64,000 bases of DNA from Pocillopora damicornis. Its lineage: Eukaryota. Below are positions 1-13,500 of the stretch, piece by piece. The position numbers and the translations under genes are program-made. Below the pieces are notes generated by a model that did not search any database, had not been told where the DNA came from, and worked only from the letters and a program-made list of their open reading frames with translations. The stretch covers positions 496,001-560,000 of the forward strand of contig NW_020845073.1 in assembly GCF_003704095.1 (NCBI RefSeq), read 5' to 3'. Positions within the stretch are counted from its first letter, which is position 1. Every line of letters starts with the position of its first letter.

Positions 1-720
1 TAGCTGCCAGTCCTATGGGCCATGCACAGAAAAGGCAGTTTAACACAGACCAACACATGTGATTTGGAGGACGAGGATTGACTGGCACCACGATAGTCTG
101 GGCAGCCTGTGCAAGAATAGAGAAGTCAATTTAACGTCCTATAAACAGAAAGGAAGACTAAGCATTGAAGAGGGAAGACAACTGATGTGTAGTTACACGG
201 TAAAGGCAGGAAATAATGTCAACAATCAGTCTTAAACTTACAGGGGCGCCAATATTGATCACAGTGCTGCTTTGTTGTACTTGCTGAACAGACTGTTGAG
301 GATACGCTGCCGGTTGATGTGCTGGATACCCAGGCTGAGGTGGATACCCAGGCTGAGGTGGATACCCAGGCTGAGGTGGATACCCTGGTTGAGGCTGCGC
401 TGGGTAACCTGGCTGCGCATTGTAATTTGGTTGGGCTGCGTAACCAGGTGGGTAACCAGGCTGGGGTGGATATCCAGGCTGAGCAGGGCTACCAGGTTGA
501 GCTGAGACAGGAGGCTGCGCAGGCGATGTATATGGTGGAGGATCTACTGCAAAGATTATGAATATGATCAGTTTGACCCTTGTCATCATAAAACGTAATT
601 TTGTAGAAATGATTTAAGGAATTACTCTACAATTTTATCATTTTCTTTTTTGCCAGAATTGCATGTTTATGATTTTTTTAAATAAAAAATAATTTTACCT
701 TGAGGATTCTTCTCGGTCAT
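1..720 (-). CDS. CD225/dispanin family proline-rich transmembrane protein (PRRT1/IFITM-like), gene 1; 3' end runs off the window
   Basis: Exons (minus): 699-720 (MTEKNPQ, GT donor), 242-546 (VDPPPY followed by PQPGY repeats, ending INIGAP/GTAAGT), 1-106 (AAQTIVVPVNPRPPNHMCWSVLNCLFCAWPIGLAA). Phases are compatible. The last segment matches the CD225 first hydrophobic segment pattern (PP..Y/W...S....C..PlG..A). Confidence 0.85.
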
Positions 721-1978
721 TTCTTGAGTTTTGAGTCAATCAATGATTTAGTCCCAGACAATCGATACCAAGTTCACCTGAAGATGACAGCGTTTAAACA
801 AGCGTAAATATCTAATGAAACAATAATTTTTTCAATATCTGTCATTCAAAGTTCCTACTTTTTATCCGCTTACTGAAGGCTTTTGTGTTATTTTACATGT
901 CAGTTGTAATTGGTCCGTCAATTCAGTTTGTCGAAATCGGAGTATTGTATAGAAATCAAAGGCATTGTGTCCACAGGTTACAGAATACATTATTCGCAAA
1001 TTTAATTTTTTATTTTATCACCTTAGGAGCTTTTTAATTAAATTTTTGATTTGGTCCCAAAAAAAGATAGTCCAAAAAATGGTCAAAAAAATAGTCCAGT
1101 CCATATTTTACCCTTTATGCCGATGCAAATTGAATGTGCAGCCAGCTAATTTGCATAAGTAATTCAAGCCAAGGTTCGACGTCTCTTGGTGGCACGAGGT
1201 GTTCGCTTAACATTCCAGGACATCCGATAATCGCTTCAAAAAATGTAATTATGCTCCCCTCGAATGAGATGGAAAAAACCGCAACTTCCGATGATTACAA
1301 TTCCAATCATTTTCAAGATGCAGCTCTACTTTGTTCACTCATTTTCCAGAAACAAGAGTTCAGAGAAATGTCTCGTACAAACTTAACGGGTCTAATTCGA
1401 AAAAACTTAAAGGGCGATACGCTAACCTTATTTTCTCTGTAAAGACAATGCATGTCTTAAAGAAGACAACAGTAAATTGTTAACACAAGGTCCACGAATA
1501 TTCCTGACCAAATGTTACAGAAACATATAACAAGAACAATTTAAAACACGTAAAACGAAGGGACTCAAAAATAGCCTAAAAAGCGGCACCGGTAAAGCTG
1601 ATTTCACCTCCATGATCGAAGACCTAGGCCTACGTAAGGTTAACTCCGACAAACCCTTCTTTATACAGGTCATGGTTTTTAACTTTTAAAGTCCAGAAAC
1701 TATGTTGATTAGATAATCCAGAGAATACACATCGCTTCCAACTGATAGTCTCCTCGTTCGGTCTTCAAGCTTCGGCGCAATGCAGTTATTCTTATAATGA
1801 CCTTTTATGTGCGAAGGTTTCAGTTTGGAACGGCATTTTGAGCTTTTCCGAAGACATCAGTCTTGTCAAAATCGACTATACCAGGGAAGAAGCTGGTCTA
1901 AAACATCGTTATTGCATTTAAGGTCATTGGGAACAAATTCACACATATGAATATCGTCTTACGCGACTGCTGAGTTAG

Positions 1979-2320
1979 GAGGGATAAGAAAAGGTTAAAA
2001 ATAACCCTCAGGTATACGCTACCCAAGAGGGTATAAAAGAGATTAAAAATTACCCTCAGGTATACACTACCCAGGAGGGTATAGGAGAGATTAGGAATTA
2101 CCCTCAGGTATACACTAACCAAGAGGGTATGCAAGAGATTAAAAATAANNNNNNNNNNNNNNNNNNNNNNNNNNNNNNNNNNNNNNNNNNNNNNNNNNNN
2201 NNNNNNNNNNNNNNNNNNNNNNNNNNNNNNNNNNNNNNNNNNNNNNNNGGTATACACTACCCAAGAGGGTACGCAAGAGATTAAAGGTAATCCTCAGGTA
2301 TAGACTACCCAAGAGGGCAC
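1979..2320. repeat. 48-bp minisatellite interrupted by an N gap
   Basis: Unit ~AAAATTACCCTCAGGTATACACTACCCAAGAGGGTATAAAAGAGATT; GGTATA recurs at 2011, 2059 and 2107; explains the 16-aa periodic ORFs 1898-2257 and 2139-2336. Confidence 0.9.
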
Positions 2321-3711
2321 GAAAAATTGAATTCACACTTATTTATATCAGGAGACCGCTCTTTGTCTGGACTCTTTCTTTTGACTGAAAGTTGAGGCAT
2401 CCACCATCAACTTATATAATTATTATCCTTTACTAGTTACCGAATGTCTTTGTCAAGCTCGGCTATTCTTGACTGACATCATTGCAATTTCCCATGATAT
2501 TTCGACTGGGGGCAAAGTGTACGGTCGAGGGCGATTTGATTTACCGCATCAACAACAAGATTATATTTTGAGACCTTGCGAATCCATCTGCTGGATTTCT
2601 CCCTGTCTAATTAATCCGGCACAGAGACCAATTGAAGATATAACATGCATGTTATTTGGTTACCTGGCGTTGAACGAACAGCCTTTGTTGGCGCGCTTGA
2701 GACCTGCTGGCGGGACAGAACGTATTGTAGTCATCGCGGAATCGACGAAACAATTCGTTCTTTGCAAAAGCTTTCGGCCTGATTTCACATTAACTTTTCG
2801 TTAGCACATACCAGGACTTTTTGGGGTCGAGATTGGATCCCGTAACTATAGAAAGCTCAGCCGATCGATCGAAGACTTCAGCCTCCATGATAAGATCGCG
2901 CCAAGTGATTTTAATGCCAGATTTCTTTTGTTTTCGTAATTGTCGAGCATAGATGCAGTATTAATAATTAGGTGAACCTTTAACCTATAATCAACAGGTT
3001 TAAGAAACCGCACAGACACCTACCGACCGAAAACGTTGATGTAATTCTCTACACTGATGACAGAAAGATAGCGCCTCCGTAGAATGCATGCTGCGAATTT
3101 TTTTCGGGGCCAAGCTCCTCATGTTATTGAAGCGAAATCAACATTTGAAGCGGTCGAAATGTTGAATGACACAAACAAAGAAAAATTATTCAAAACAAAG
3201 GTAACAGAGTATTAATGAAAGCAACTTCTGGGAGAACAAAATAACTTAATAAAAAAGCGACAGAGACTAAAAAGAAAATGACTAACGTTAAAAGAAACGC
3301 GCAATAACTTTGGTATAACAATTCCCGCATGAAGAGACTTATTTTCGTTTGACTTTGACCATAACTTCCACTATCTTAAGCCGTTTAGCTGTGTGACAAT
3401 TTGTTTACCCTGAGGCTTTTTTTAAAAGAGCCATTTGGGTCATTTCCAAGGCTGGGAGGCAATTGAATAAAAGTAGTCATGACTTAAGCAAGTGCACCTC
3501 TGTGAACCATTGTATTGAGTTGGTTGACTTCTGCAAATAGGTTTTTTCTTGATCGTTGAGTAAAGTCTACCGAATATACATATCGTGAATGCGGGTTTGG
3601 TTTTTCCACAAAGTCAAAAACAGACTGTTTCATTGATTTGTAAATGTTTTGTTTCACGATGAAAGGTCGCTTTCTTAATTTAATCAGATTTTGTTCCTTC
3701 TAATAATTACA

Positions 3712-3791
3712 TTCTCGATTATTCGGACCCTTGATTATCTGGACTATTTCATTTAGTCCCAACGAGTCCGAATAATCGAGGTTCGACTGTA
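3712..3791. mobile_element. Tc1/mariner-pogo-like MITE fragment
   Basis: CTCGATTATTCGGAC ... GTCCGAATAATCGAG inverted pair, ending in GGTTCGACTG-TA, typical of Tc1/pogo termini. Confidence 0.5.
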
Positions 3792-5360
3792 CTGCATGTT
3801 TGTTTAAACGACTGAAACGACACGAACAACATCAGGAACAACTTTACCAAGCTAAATCTTGCAACACACACCTTTAGTTAATTTATCAATTAGTATGCCT
3901 GAACGACTCTTCTTAAAGATAGAGAAAGCTACCAGAAAATAAAAGATTTCTGACCCATAAAACGAGAGTGGAAAGGTTCGGATGTCCTATCTGAGTAAGA
4001 AAACTTTGCGCTGAACATAGGGTAAGCAAATTCAGTGAAGAGAGTAGCGAGAAATACTTCAATGGAATATCGTTATTAAAATTCTTTGCATTTTTCAAGC
4101 AAGGTCTCTGAATAATTTACTTCGTTGCTATCCATCTAAAGCGACCCTTTTATTAATTCTAAGCACAAATACAGTAGCATTTTCCCATTACGGAACAAGC
4201 TACCTGCGATTGAAACGACTCGATCGCGAACTACAACAGAAACGACGTTACCAATCTTCATCCGAAACTGCGTAGTTAATAAATAATTGGGACGTTAAGA
4301 GAAATTAAAATACCACCGAACAATGAGAGTTTTGTTGTCTCGCTAAACAGGAGTTCAAAGGTTCGAAACTGATGTCTCCTAGAGACAAAAGGAATGTTCA
4401 CCTACGCACGTAAATTCTGAGAAAAACGCAACAAGAAAGACAAGGATCCAGAAATAGTTTTTAGGCAAATTAGACGACTAGTAATATTTACTTCAATAAT
4501 ACCCATCTAATGCGATCCTTTTTAAACTTGGAGAACATATTAATGGTACTTTTTTTCTTTTTCCGTTGCAGTTGTAACAGCGTTTTTTTTACATCAACAA
4601 TAACCTCATCAATCTACGCCATTAATATTTCGTACTGTATCGATGAATGCGCTTTAAGAATTCTACTCGAAATCTGGAAGCAAAAACCGCAGAACTCAAG
4701 AGTTCGACTGGCCTCAAAACGGGATCGAGTTAAAAGGTAGGGAAACATCTCTAAGATGCAATATAGACAAAGACGACTCAATCAATATTGCAAGCGATGC
4801 ACGCAAATTTCAAGACGAGCGCAGTTGTCTGCATTTGAAGCAAGTTATACGACTAATACGACTAATTTGTCTCTTATTGCCCATCTAATCTAAAACGTTT
4901 TTGACTTTTAACGAAATTAGCCGCTCTTTCAATCTATTTGGCACGCAGTTATCTTTCAAACGATTCAGTTTTACGGCAACCCAATTTGATTAAAATTTCC
5001 AAGAATTTGATATCTATGGTGAATGCTTACCTTATCCTCACTCAAAACTACATACGTGACGGTTTCTCTCCATAAGTCACTCTTTCGGTAGATTTTCAAG
5101 CTTCGATAGAGGCATGCGTGAGTCAGGCGAATAAGATGCGTTTGGATTTAGTCTGCTCTTACTTCGCTAAATTCCCATGAAGCCACTTTTACACCGAAAG
5201 CCTTAATTTCAAGACTCAATAGAAGCAGTAACTCATACCTTTTGGTGGTGAAGTTAATGTTTGTTGCGGAGAGGTTGTGCAAAACCGAAGTGAAACCCCA
5301 GCGGAGTGATTCAAGGCTAACTCAAATACAACGACAACGCCTTAGCTACGCGGAAGTACT

Positions 5361-5768
5361 CGATCACGGATAAGTAACCAATCCATCCTTTGTTAACCTT
5401 GAACTAAAGGTAAACAGAGGGCTGGGCAGACAGCTCACTCTCACTTTGCGAGGAGAATGGTGAAGAAATTACGTGCGGACTTTGAACAGTTTTTAGGACT
5501 GGCTAAGGAGCTCTGTAAATTGATGGCTTTTGCTTGATATGTTGGGCGTCAGAATGAAAAAGTATCCGATCACGGATAAGCACCGAATAAATTCTCTGTT
5601 AACCGTGAAAATAAGGTGAACAGAGGGCTAGGCAGACAGCTCACTGTCACTTTGCGAGGAGAATGGTGAAGAAATTACGTGCGGACTTTGAACAATTTTT
5701 AAGACTGGCTAAGGAGCTTTGTAAATTGATAGCTTTTGCTTGATATGTTGCGCGTCAGAATGAAAAAG
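5361..5768. repeat. ~205-bp tandem duplication (2 copies)
   Basis: CGATCACGGATAAG...AACAGAGGGCT.GGCAGACAGCTCACT...GCGTCAGAATGAAAAAG occurs at ~5361-5560 and ~5567-5768. Confidence 0.9.
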
Positions 5769-6151
5769 AGGACTTTTATCGATTTAACTAGGCCTATATT
5801 CTAATTGAAACTGGTATTTGAACTGTCCTGATCTTTTTATTGAAAAGGTGAGGTATCCCAAAATCATTTCGATTTAAAATTTCAGAGAGCTGTCCTGGGT
5901 TAAAAGGTTAATGTTGTTTGGCGTTTATTTATTTCCTTTGTTAGAATAAACGAATTTATTATCGTTGATAAAAATTGGAGAAAAAATACCTCACTTAAAC
6001 GAGCTGTTACTATAAGAAAAAGGCACATGTATAAACAATAGAACTGTCAATTAAAAATATAAACAATTTTAATCATTTTAATTAAAACAACTTAAAAGTT
6101 GTTTTAACAAAAAAAGGTCGAAAAGGTAAAAATTGGGACGGGTAAGAATGG

Positions 6152-6788
6152 TATCCGGTTAGATCGCACCGTGGTTAGATCGCTCCCAGTTAGATCGCTC
6201 CAACCAAAAGGTAGATCGCTCCATCAAATGAGTGACTTCGCTCCCAACATAAGTTACTTCGCTCCATGTAGTAATGTGAAGTATTACTTACCAATGATCA
6301 CTAAACATCACAACAGACAGAGACCTGTTTTGGGACCAAACAGTTCATCAAATGTATATATCCTACGAATAAGTAACACTCTAGACTATTACATAAAATA
6401 TATTGGACGAATACACTAAACCAAGCCACCCAGTTATCGATGCCTAGAGACATATAAATAGACATTAATATTCACTTAAAGTATATAGGTGATAATGTGT
6501 CTTGCGACGATTCGAGTATATCGTATTCACTCTGTCCTTCAGATCAGCCACCGAGCTACCGATGTATGATGTATAGCGATGATGGAATTAATGATCGTGG
6601 AATAAATTATAACTTTATAGTCTGAAGTGTATTGAAAAAGAGCGATCTAACCATGGTGCGATCTGACCGTAATTCGTAAGAATTGATCATCGATTTGGGT
6701 ACGAACAAACTCAAAATTGAGTACGAAACTTGAGCGCGAAACGACTGAATTGAGGAACTGTATGACTGGGTTCGAAACGACCGGATTC
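6152..6788. mobile_element. Non-autonomous DNA transposon/MITE-like element with terminal inverted and subterminal repeats
   Basis: GGTTAGATCGCACCGTGGTTAGATCGCTC at 6157 is inverted at 6640-6668 (GAGCGATCTAACCATGGTGCGATCTGACC). There are subterminal AGATCGCTCC repeats and a second related end CGAAACGACCGGATTC at ~6773-6788. Confidence 0.6.
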
Positions 6789-8224
6789 CTCCTCACCCAT
6801 CGGGGATAAGATCCAAGAAAGATGCGAGTTTTCGAAAGCAATATATAAAGTGAAAAACGTTAGATGAGTAGATAGGGAAGTTTGTTCTCTTCACTTTCTT
6901 AGGGCATTCTTGACGCAAATATTTTTTCTGGTTTTTGTTTTTATTTCCTCCTTTTTTTGTCCTTTGTATTTTCTTTTCTTTTTTTTTATTTTTTTATTTT
7001 TTTTTTGAGAGAACCTAAACAGCAGCCGTCTTAAAGCCGTACGTTTCAATTCCCACCATTCCGTGGAAGTGCTGTTTGGTTATTGAGCGTTTTAAAAATG
7101 GCGGCGCCCAAACTTGAACCACATTTGACGACAATTTTTGAACAACTCAGTTACACTCTGGAATCTCAAAAAGCGGTAAGTAGTGATATTTAAAATGTTT
7201 TACATAATTACATAGTACTTGACTTCGGAAGCGAACTTCTTTATAATGGCGACACTCGGACCCACGTATTGGTATTTCCATCCAACCATTACAAAGTGGG
7301 ATATATCAACATAAAATTTTCAAAGTCAATGAAGATAATGCATTGCATTCTAAGAAATAAATTTTACAATATGTTTTCGGGATCAGAACGTTTGTTAAAT
7401 CTATTTTAGATAAAATTGGACAAAAGCAATTCTTGGCGATTATTTTCTTGAATAAATCCATTACGCAAGGTTTGCTTGTTCCTGACCGTTTGTAATGCAA
7501 TGTGAAATATGAGCTCAACGTGGTTGAAATGCAGGCCTATTTATACTATTTTAAGAAATATGCTGACTATGCCAGCCGTAGAGCACAAGAACTCAGTATC
7601 TCTTATTATTTCAAGATTTGGGAGAAGACTGTTCACATATTATAATTGTAGCGTTTCTTTCCTTGCTCGTTTTCCCTTTTAGGCTTGAGAAGTAATGATC
7701 TGACTCCAAAATACATATCAGACTTTATCAGCATCTGTTAACCTTGGCATCATTTGCACTTAGCCTTTATCATAAAAACTGGTCGTACCGACTTCTAATT
7801 TGCATGATACTAACCGAGGGAGGTAAGATTTAAGAGCATACAATTGTTGAGGGAACGAGACAATAATGTAAAATAAATCAGCCTCTGTGGAGAGTTTCTG
7901 TTGGAAACAACTCTGCGTAAAAAATTTATTCATCATTTCTATTTTAATTCCGATTATCATTATGACCAAATTTTAATGAGTTTTGTTAAACACATCCCTG
8001 CATGCTTTATACTGATCTTCGACAAGTTTGTACGTTTTCAATCTTTCTATTAAGACACCGCAAACAATGGGTGTGTAAAACTCGTTTTAATGTTTTAACT
8101 TACAGAAGCAGCGTTTTGGTTGACTAAATATTGACGCAAAAGTACTCGAGAAAGCTCACTCTAATTGCACTGATAAAAAGCGGGAGATTGATGGTTTTGT
8201 TTGTTTGTTTGGTTTTATTTTTTA

Positions 8225-10508
8225 CTAAGCCGCTATTAAGATTATAACAAGCACGAACATGAAGCATCCCATGGCGATAGAGATAATATTCAGCCACTTG
8301 GCGATTTGTGAATTCCTCCAAGCGCCGTCGTAGTCTCTTGCTGCATATGAACTGTCCACCTGAATAGACAGCAGTTGAATGATCGGTAAGAGTATTAACA
8401 ATAAAATTTTAGATAAAGTACTAAAATGTTCACTCCCAATTGTTGTTAGTATTAGTATTGTTTAGAAACTGTTCAAATACAATGTCGAAGAAGGTAATTT
8501 CGGGTTTTGAAATAGAATTGCACCAAACGAAAATAATTAGAATTTGCCAAGGATATATACAGCTAAATAGACGATCATTCTTTGGAGGCTGTCTTTCATA
8601 CATTACTTCGCCAGCTGAAACGAATGGCTAGTACATCAATGAGTTAAAGGAAGATTCATGAAATAGATTTTCTTTTTGAAATTGGAACATAACAGCAGCT
8701 ACGGGACTCTTAGTACTGCACATTTTTAAACTAGACTGAATAATGAAATTATAAGGAGCCATTCACGGTAGGAAAATAATTTAGTTTTGGAGATTTTCTT
8801 AAATGATAGACAACCCAGTTGAGGCTACCTATTTCAGGATATTTTATCATGAAAGATACACTTACCATAATGGAGAAAATGATTGCAGCTATTCCAAGAA
8901 TTGGGAAGCAAAAAAGGCATGTGAATATGGACAGGGCCAACCAATTGGGAGGAGGAAAAGCCATAGGCATGATAATCGTCGGAGCCTTCCAAAGAGAACA
9001 AAAGAGAAAATCAAAAAACTTTTTGAAATGACAAGAAAGCTCGCAATGCATGTATGTTTTTACCCGTCCAGGGTATTCTATTTAGAGATATTTCCGTTTT
9101 TGATCGTGATTCTTTAGGAGAGGTGTAAGGGCTCGAAACTATGATGTCATAATTGGAGCCTTACATAAGGTCAGAAAAAGAGAAATTCTAACTAGTGAGC
9201 TAAAAATAGTGATATAAAACCCAAAAACGAAGTATATTTGGATTCCTTTGTGAAAATGACAACGTACAGGTTCCAGATATATCAAACTCCTCGCGTTCCG
9301 AAACATCCATGTTACATGCAAATTCCGAATAGTCGGATGCACTAAACGCGAGTTTCACGTTTAACCATTGCGAATTTCCGATTAAATAATGTCAATTTAT
9401 GGTAGTTTGGCTATATTGCTAATCAGGGAGATCCGCGCTCTTGTATGAGGGCGGTAATGAGAAGGTTGCAGCCGCCATTTTGTTTAAAAATGTTTAAGGT
9501 ACACAAGGGGTTTGAGCTTAAAGTTTTCAAGTTGACTATTGGAGTCCTATTTGTCCTCTTTATCCTTAGCCACTCTTGGGCCTTATTGGTTTATCATTAT
9601 CAATTGCCAAATCTAATGGTATCCTTCAACCTGAGCGTAGATTTTTCACGCGCAAAATCAATAACATATAGCCTTTCCTTGATAGATGTATGGTACGCGA
9701 GTAAAATCCCCATTTCCTCTGGATTTTTCAAGTTTTCATGGCTAGCTGGTCGAGGAGGATAAAGGGGGTACGTTTCGAGAGAAACTGTGGTGCTGCGTCA
9801 AAGGGGAAGTATAGCAAGATAATGTTGGTTATGTCGACGAAGTTGATAACGTAAATTGGCCTCTGTAAAGAGTTTCAAAGCTGACGTTGGAGCGAATGGT
9901 AAAACCAAAATTAATAAAACCAAAGTTATCTTGTCGAGGAGGAGTTTCAGTTCTGTTATAAAAAGCCGATAAGAAACTTACAGGTGCTTGCATGTTGACC
10001 ACTGTGGTACTTTGTTGGACATGTTGGGTGGGCTGTGGAGGATAGCCTGGCTGCTGCGTTTGCGGGTAACCATATTGAGGAGAATACCCAGGCTGAGGCT
10101 GCTGCCCAGGCTGTGCTGGGTAACCAGGCTGTGCTGGGAAGCCAGGCTGTGCTGGGAAGCCAGGCTGTGCTGGGTAACCAGGCTGTCCTGGGTAACCTGA
10201 CTGTGCTGGGTAACCGGGCTGAGCAGTACCACTGGGTTGAGGTTGGTAGGCTGGTTGAGCCGTAACAGGAGCCTGTGGTGTGTAGGGTGGAGGATTATCT
10301 GAAAACGGCATGTTTTAAAGATATCTTGATCAGTTATGATTGAACTCGTACATCACAACACTGCTCAGTGGACAGTGTCCATTGAAAGTAGTCAGAGTCG
10401 CCTTGAATTTAAAAAGGGTGCCTTGAGTTTAACGGGTCAGTAAAGTTGCAGCAATTTGAGTCAGTATATGAGAGTCGCACCTGGGTTCACTTGTGTGTTC
10501 TGTTCCAT
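8225..10508 (-). CDS. CD225/dispanin family proline-rich transmembrane protein, gene 2 (complete, ~199 aa)
   Basis: join(minus) 10481-10508 (MEQNTQVNP), 9982-10298 (DNPPPY followed by PAQPGY/F repeats), 8866-8985 ([40 protein letters not shown]), 8225-8359 ([44 protein letters not shown]). All GT-AG, 600 nt in frame. An upstream exon (ATG at 10641, donor at 10624) could add MKIVEGIKLN in frame. Confidence 0.9.
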
Positions 10509-13500
10509 GTTCAGTTTTATTCTGAAAAGAAAAAATATACATGATTTTAGTAAATAGGAACGAACAGCCAGGTATACTATGGTTAAGCAGTATTATTTTC
10601 TTGGGCTGTTTATCCAATGATTACCCTTCAACGATTTTCATGTCCTCATTTTCAAGTCTCCGCGATTTGTGGAAAGGCGTTTGACTGTTCGTCTAAAGGA
10701 AGGATATTTTGAATCAGACTCAAGGAATAACTCGAACGGCAGGGAAGAGTCGAGAGAAATAGATGCCCCTCGACCACTATTGAATCTGATTGAGGTTTAT
10801 GAGATCTGACTCTTTTGTTTGGTTATTGTGTTGCTAATATTGAAAAGTCGATGTAAATATTGTGGAGAATTTTGAACAAAGTAGAGGATAGTAACGCTTT
10901 TAAACTTTGGTAAAATTTATACAGAACGTGAGAAAACCATAACTGTAATACTTACATTGGTTTTATATTTACTGTTTCATGATGGCTTGTCAAGCAAGTA
11001 TAATTAATTGTTTTCGTGAGCTAAATCTGTGTTCAATCGGCTACCGCCAATCGCGGCATCATTGCATCATGCCGATCCATTGTCGAAAACTCTCAACCTT
11101 AGTGGTTATATTTTGTTTTTCCAGATTATTGTGATAGGGTGTTTGAAGCTTAAACTTCCTCAGTAAGTTCATTAAGTTGAAAATACTATAAAATTACATA
11201 TAAGACATCATTGCGTATTACTGGACTTGTTTCTATAGACCGTGACACACGAATAATATTTTTCAGATAGGCATTTCATATTTCGAACTTCTTTTTCAGT
11301 GTCCTACACAAGCCAGAATCGTCATCCTCGACTTGGAAGAATTAGACTTAGCGAGTATGTTACTTATCGAAAGAAATCTTGGGGAACTGGCACTATGCCC
11401 GACATTACAGGGCTTTGCTTGTATTGTTCATTATGATAATGCGCTGGAGAAAATGCCTGAATATTTGAAAACGGCGTCGAAGGTGGTCGAGCGAACGAGG
11501 ATATTTTGGATTATGAAGAAGCACTGGATTTTCGTCACTCGCTCCAGGGAGACACGATGTTATTTCCGAAGGACCGCTCGCGAGAGAATCAAGGAATACT
11601 TTGAAAGTGTTTCTGTGCTTCATGGATGCATTCGCCGTTTTCTACTTTGCTTATAAGTATCTATTAATTTCGCGTGGGAATCAAACTGAAAGCTTTCATA
11701 ATTTTTACCTAGTTTTTGCTTGATATAAGTTCGTATATTTATCTTAAATCGTTCAAAAGTAATCGGAAATCAACTGAATGCTCCGTCCAACACCTAGCTT
11801 AGAGTGCCACTTCTCAATTTGCAAATATCTAATATCTTGCACGCCGTTTAAGCAGAGACGCATGAGATACAGAAAGTAAATTTATGAACCACGTGCAAGT
11901 TTGTTAGATTCATAAACTTTTAGTATTTCTCAAAGTGATCAGTAGAACCCTCACAAGGTCTAAAGATTTGTTTCTTAGGGGAAGCTTTTTTAGAGGAAAT
12001 CAATACCCGGACTCTTGAACAAGACATCATATTTGCATTTTACTTTAGTTTAGATGCGAATTAAAAGATTTAAACTTTGGGTGGATTCATTATAGACAGA
12101 ATCTAAAACAGAATTTGTAGGATTCAAGGATTCGCGTTTCAGTTTCTAGCGATAAGATCCGAAAGTGAGGTAATTTAAAAATTGCTAGCCTTCCTGTTTA
12201 AAAAGTAATGTCATGTGAGACTCCATCAGTGACCGAGGGAAATTTTCAACTGAATCTTTGTCATTGAATTGTCCTAAAATCTTGCAGAATGTCTCAAGCA
12301 TGAGCAGAGGTTTGTGAAAACCTCTGACATATAGCAAGTCTTCGACGAGTGAAGTTGATTTCAAATAGGCAATTTAGCAATTCTTTGCTTCTCACTAATT
12401 TTACTTTGCATAATCTTCCACAAAGTAAAAGAAGCGATGCCATGAAGTATTATTTCCCATTTTTAATTGCTTCGGTCAAAAGATGTCCACGTGATCTTGG
12501 ATACGGAGTCCTGACAAAGACTGCATAGATTAGTTTGTTTCAATGGACAATTATAGCTACCAAGTCTAAAATTCATGAGCGACACGGTTCTAAAACAAAG
12601 TAATCGAAATTTCCGCTTCAAATGGACTTTGTCTAAATAGTCGACAAAGATCGACACTCTTCGGCATTTTACAAGAAAAGTACAAATTTGGTGTAAAGAA
12701 CAATACTTACCGGTTTGTGAAAGGAAACGAGATATCTGGTTAAGAATCCTGAAGTCTTTCAGAACCCGCGGAACTGGAAGAGAATGAATGAGCGAACTTC
12801 TTCGACAAATCGCCAGGAGGTAACCTAACAAATGTAGCTGCGTCACAGGTCAGCGGTTGACATCATATTGGCTCAAGCAGTTCACACTTGTGTGTGGGAG
12901 AAGAAAACAATAGAATTAAAATCAAACGAATATCGTCTTAACTGTTGAACCTAGCAGTGTAAGAATCGAATACGTAAACACATTCTAAGAAGAAAAACTT
13001 TTGCATAGATCTTCATATATTCTGTGAGTATTTGAAAGCACCCATCATAAAATGGTAAGTTTAGATCTGCACATTTTAGAGGGATTTCTTTTCTTTCCCG
13101 GCATGCGCAAATGATGTGAGTTCTGAGAGTGAAATTCAGTCGCCCCTGGTCATGTGTCGCATTGTTGCCTGGCTCAAAATCGTCTTCTACAGGACCATAT
13201 CGTCGTCGGCAGTGATTGAAGTTTCGAAAAATGGTGCGGAAGTCATTATCAGAGCCACTCTAGTTTGTGGATGTCTTGTGCTCAGGGTTTCGAAACGCCT
13301 AGCGTTGCCGCGGACATTGACTCATGCAGGTCTACCCTTGCCCGGACCGTATCACTCTATGCAATCGACTGCCTCGCTGTTTCGCTGTCAACGGGACTCT
13401 AAAAACTTTGTTAGTGATAAAGTATTGTGATGTTTCAGTTCATTTCAACTTTCTTCAGAAAACAGAAGCAACATAATCATCCTTTTTTCCGCTTGATTTT

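Noticed and set aside
272-561. Plus-strand repetitive ORFs (WIPRLR and TQAEVD repeats), and likewise 9978-10265
   Set aside because: Antisense or alternative-frame shadows of the 18-bp PQPGY coding repeats.
1979-2320. Regularly spaced repeats as a possible CRISPR array
   Set aside because: Head-to-tail 48-bp units with no unique spacers, eukaryotic context and no cas genes; this is a minisatellite. The same applies to 20508-20831.
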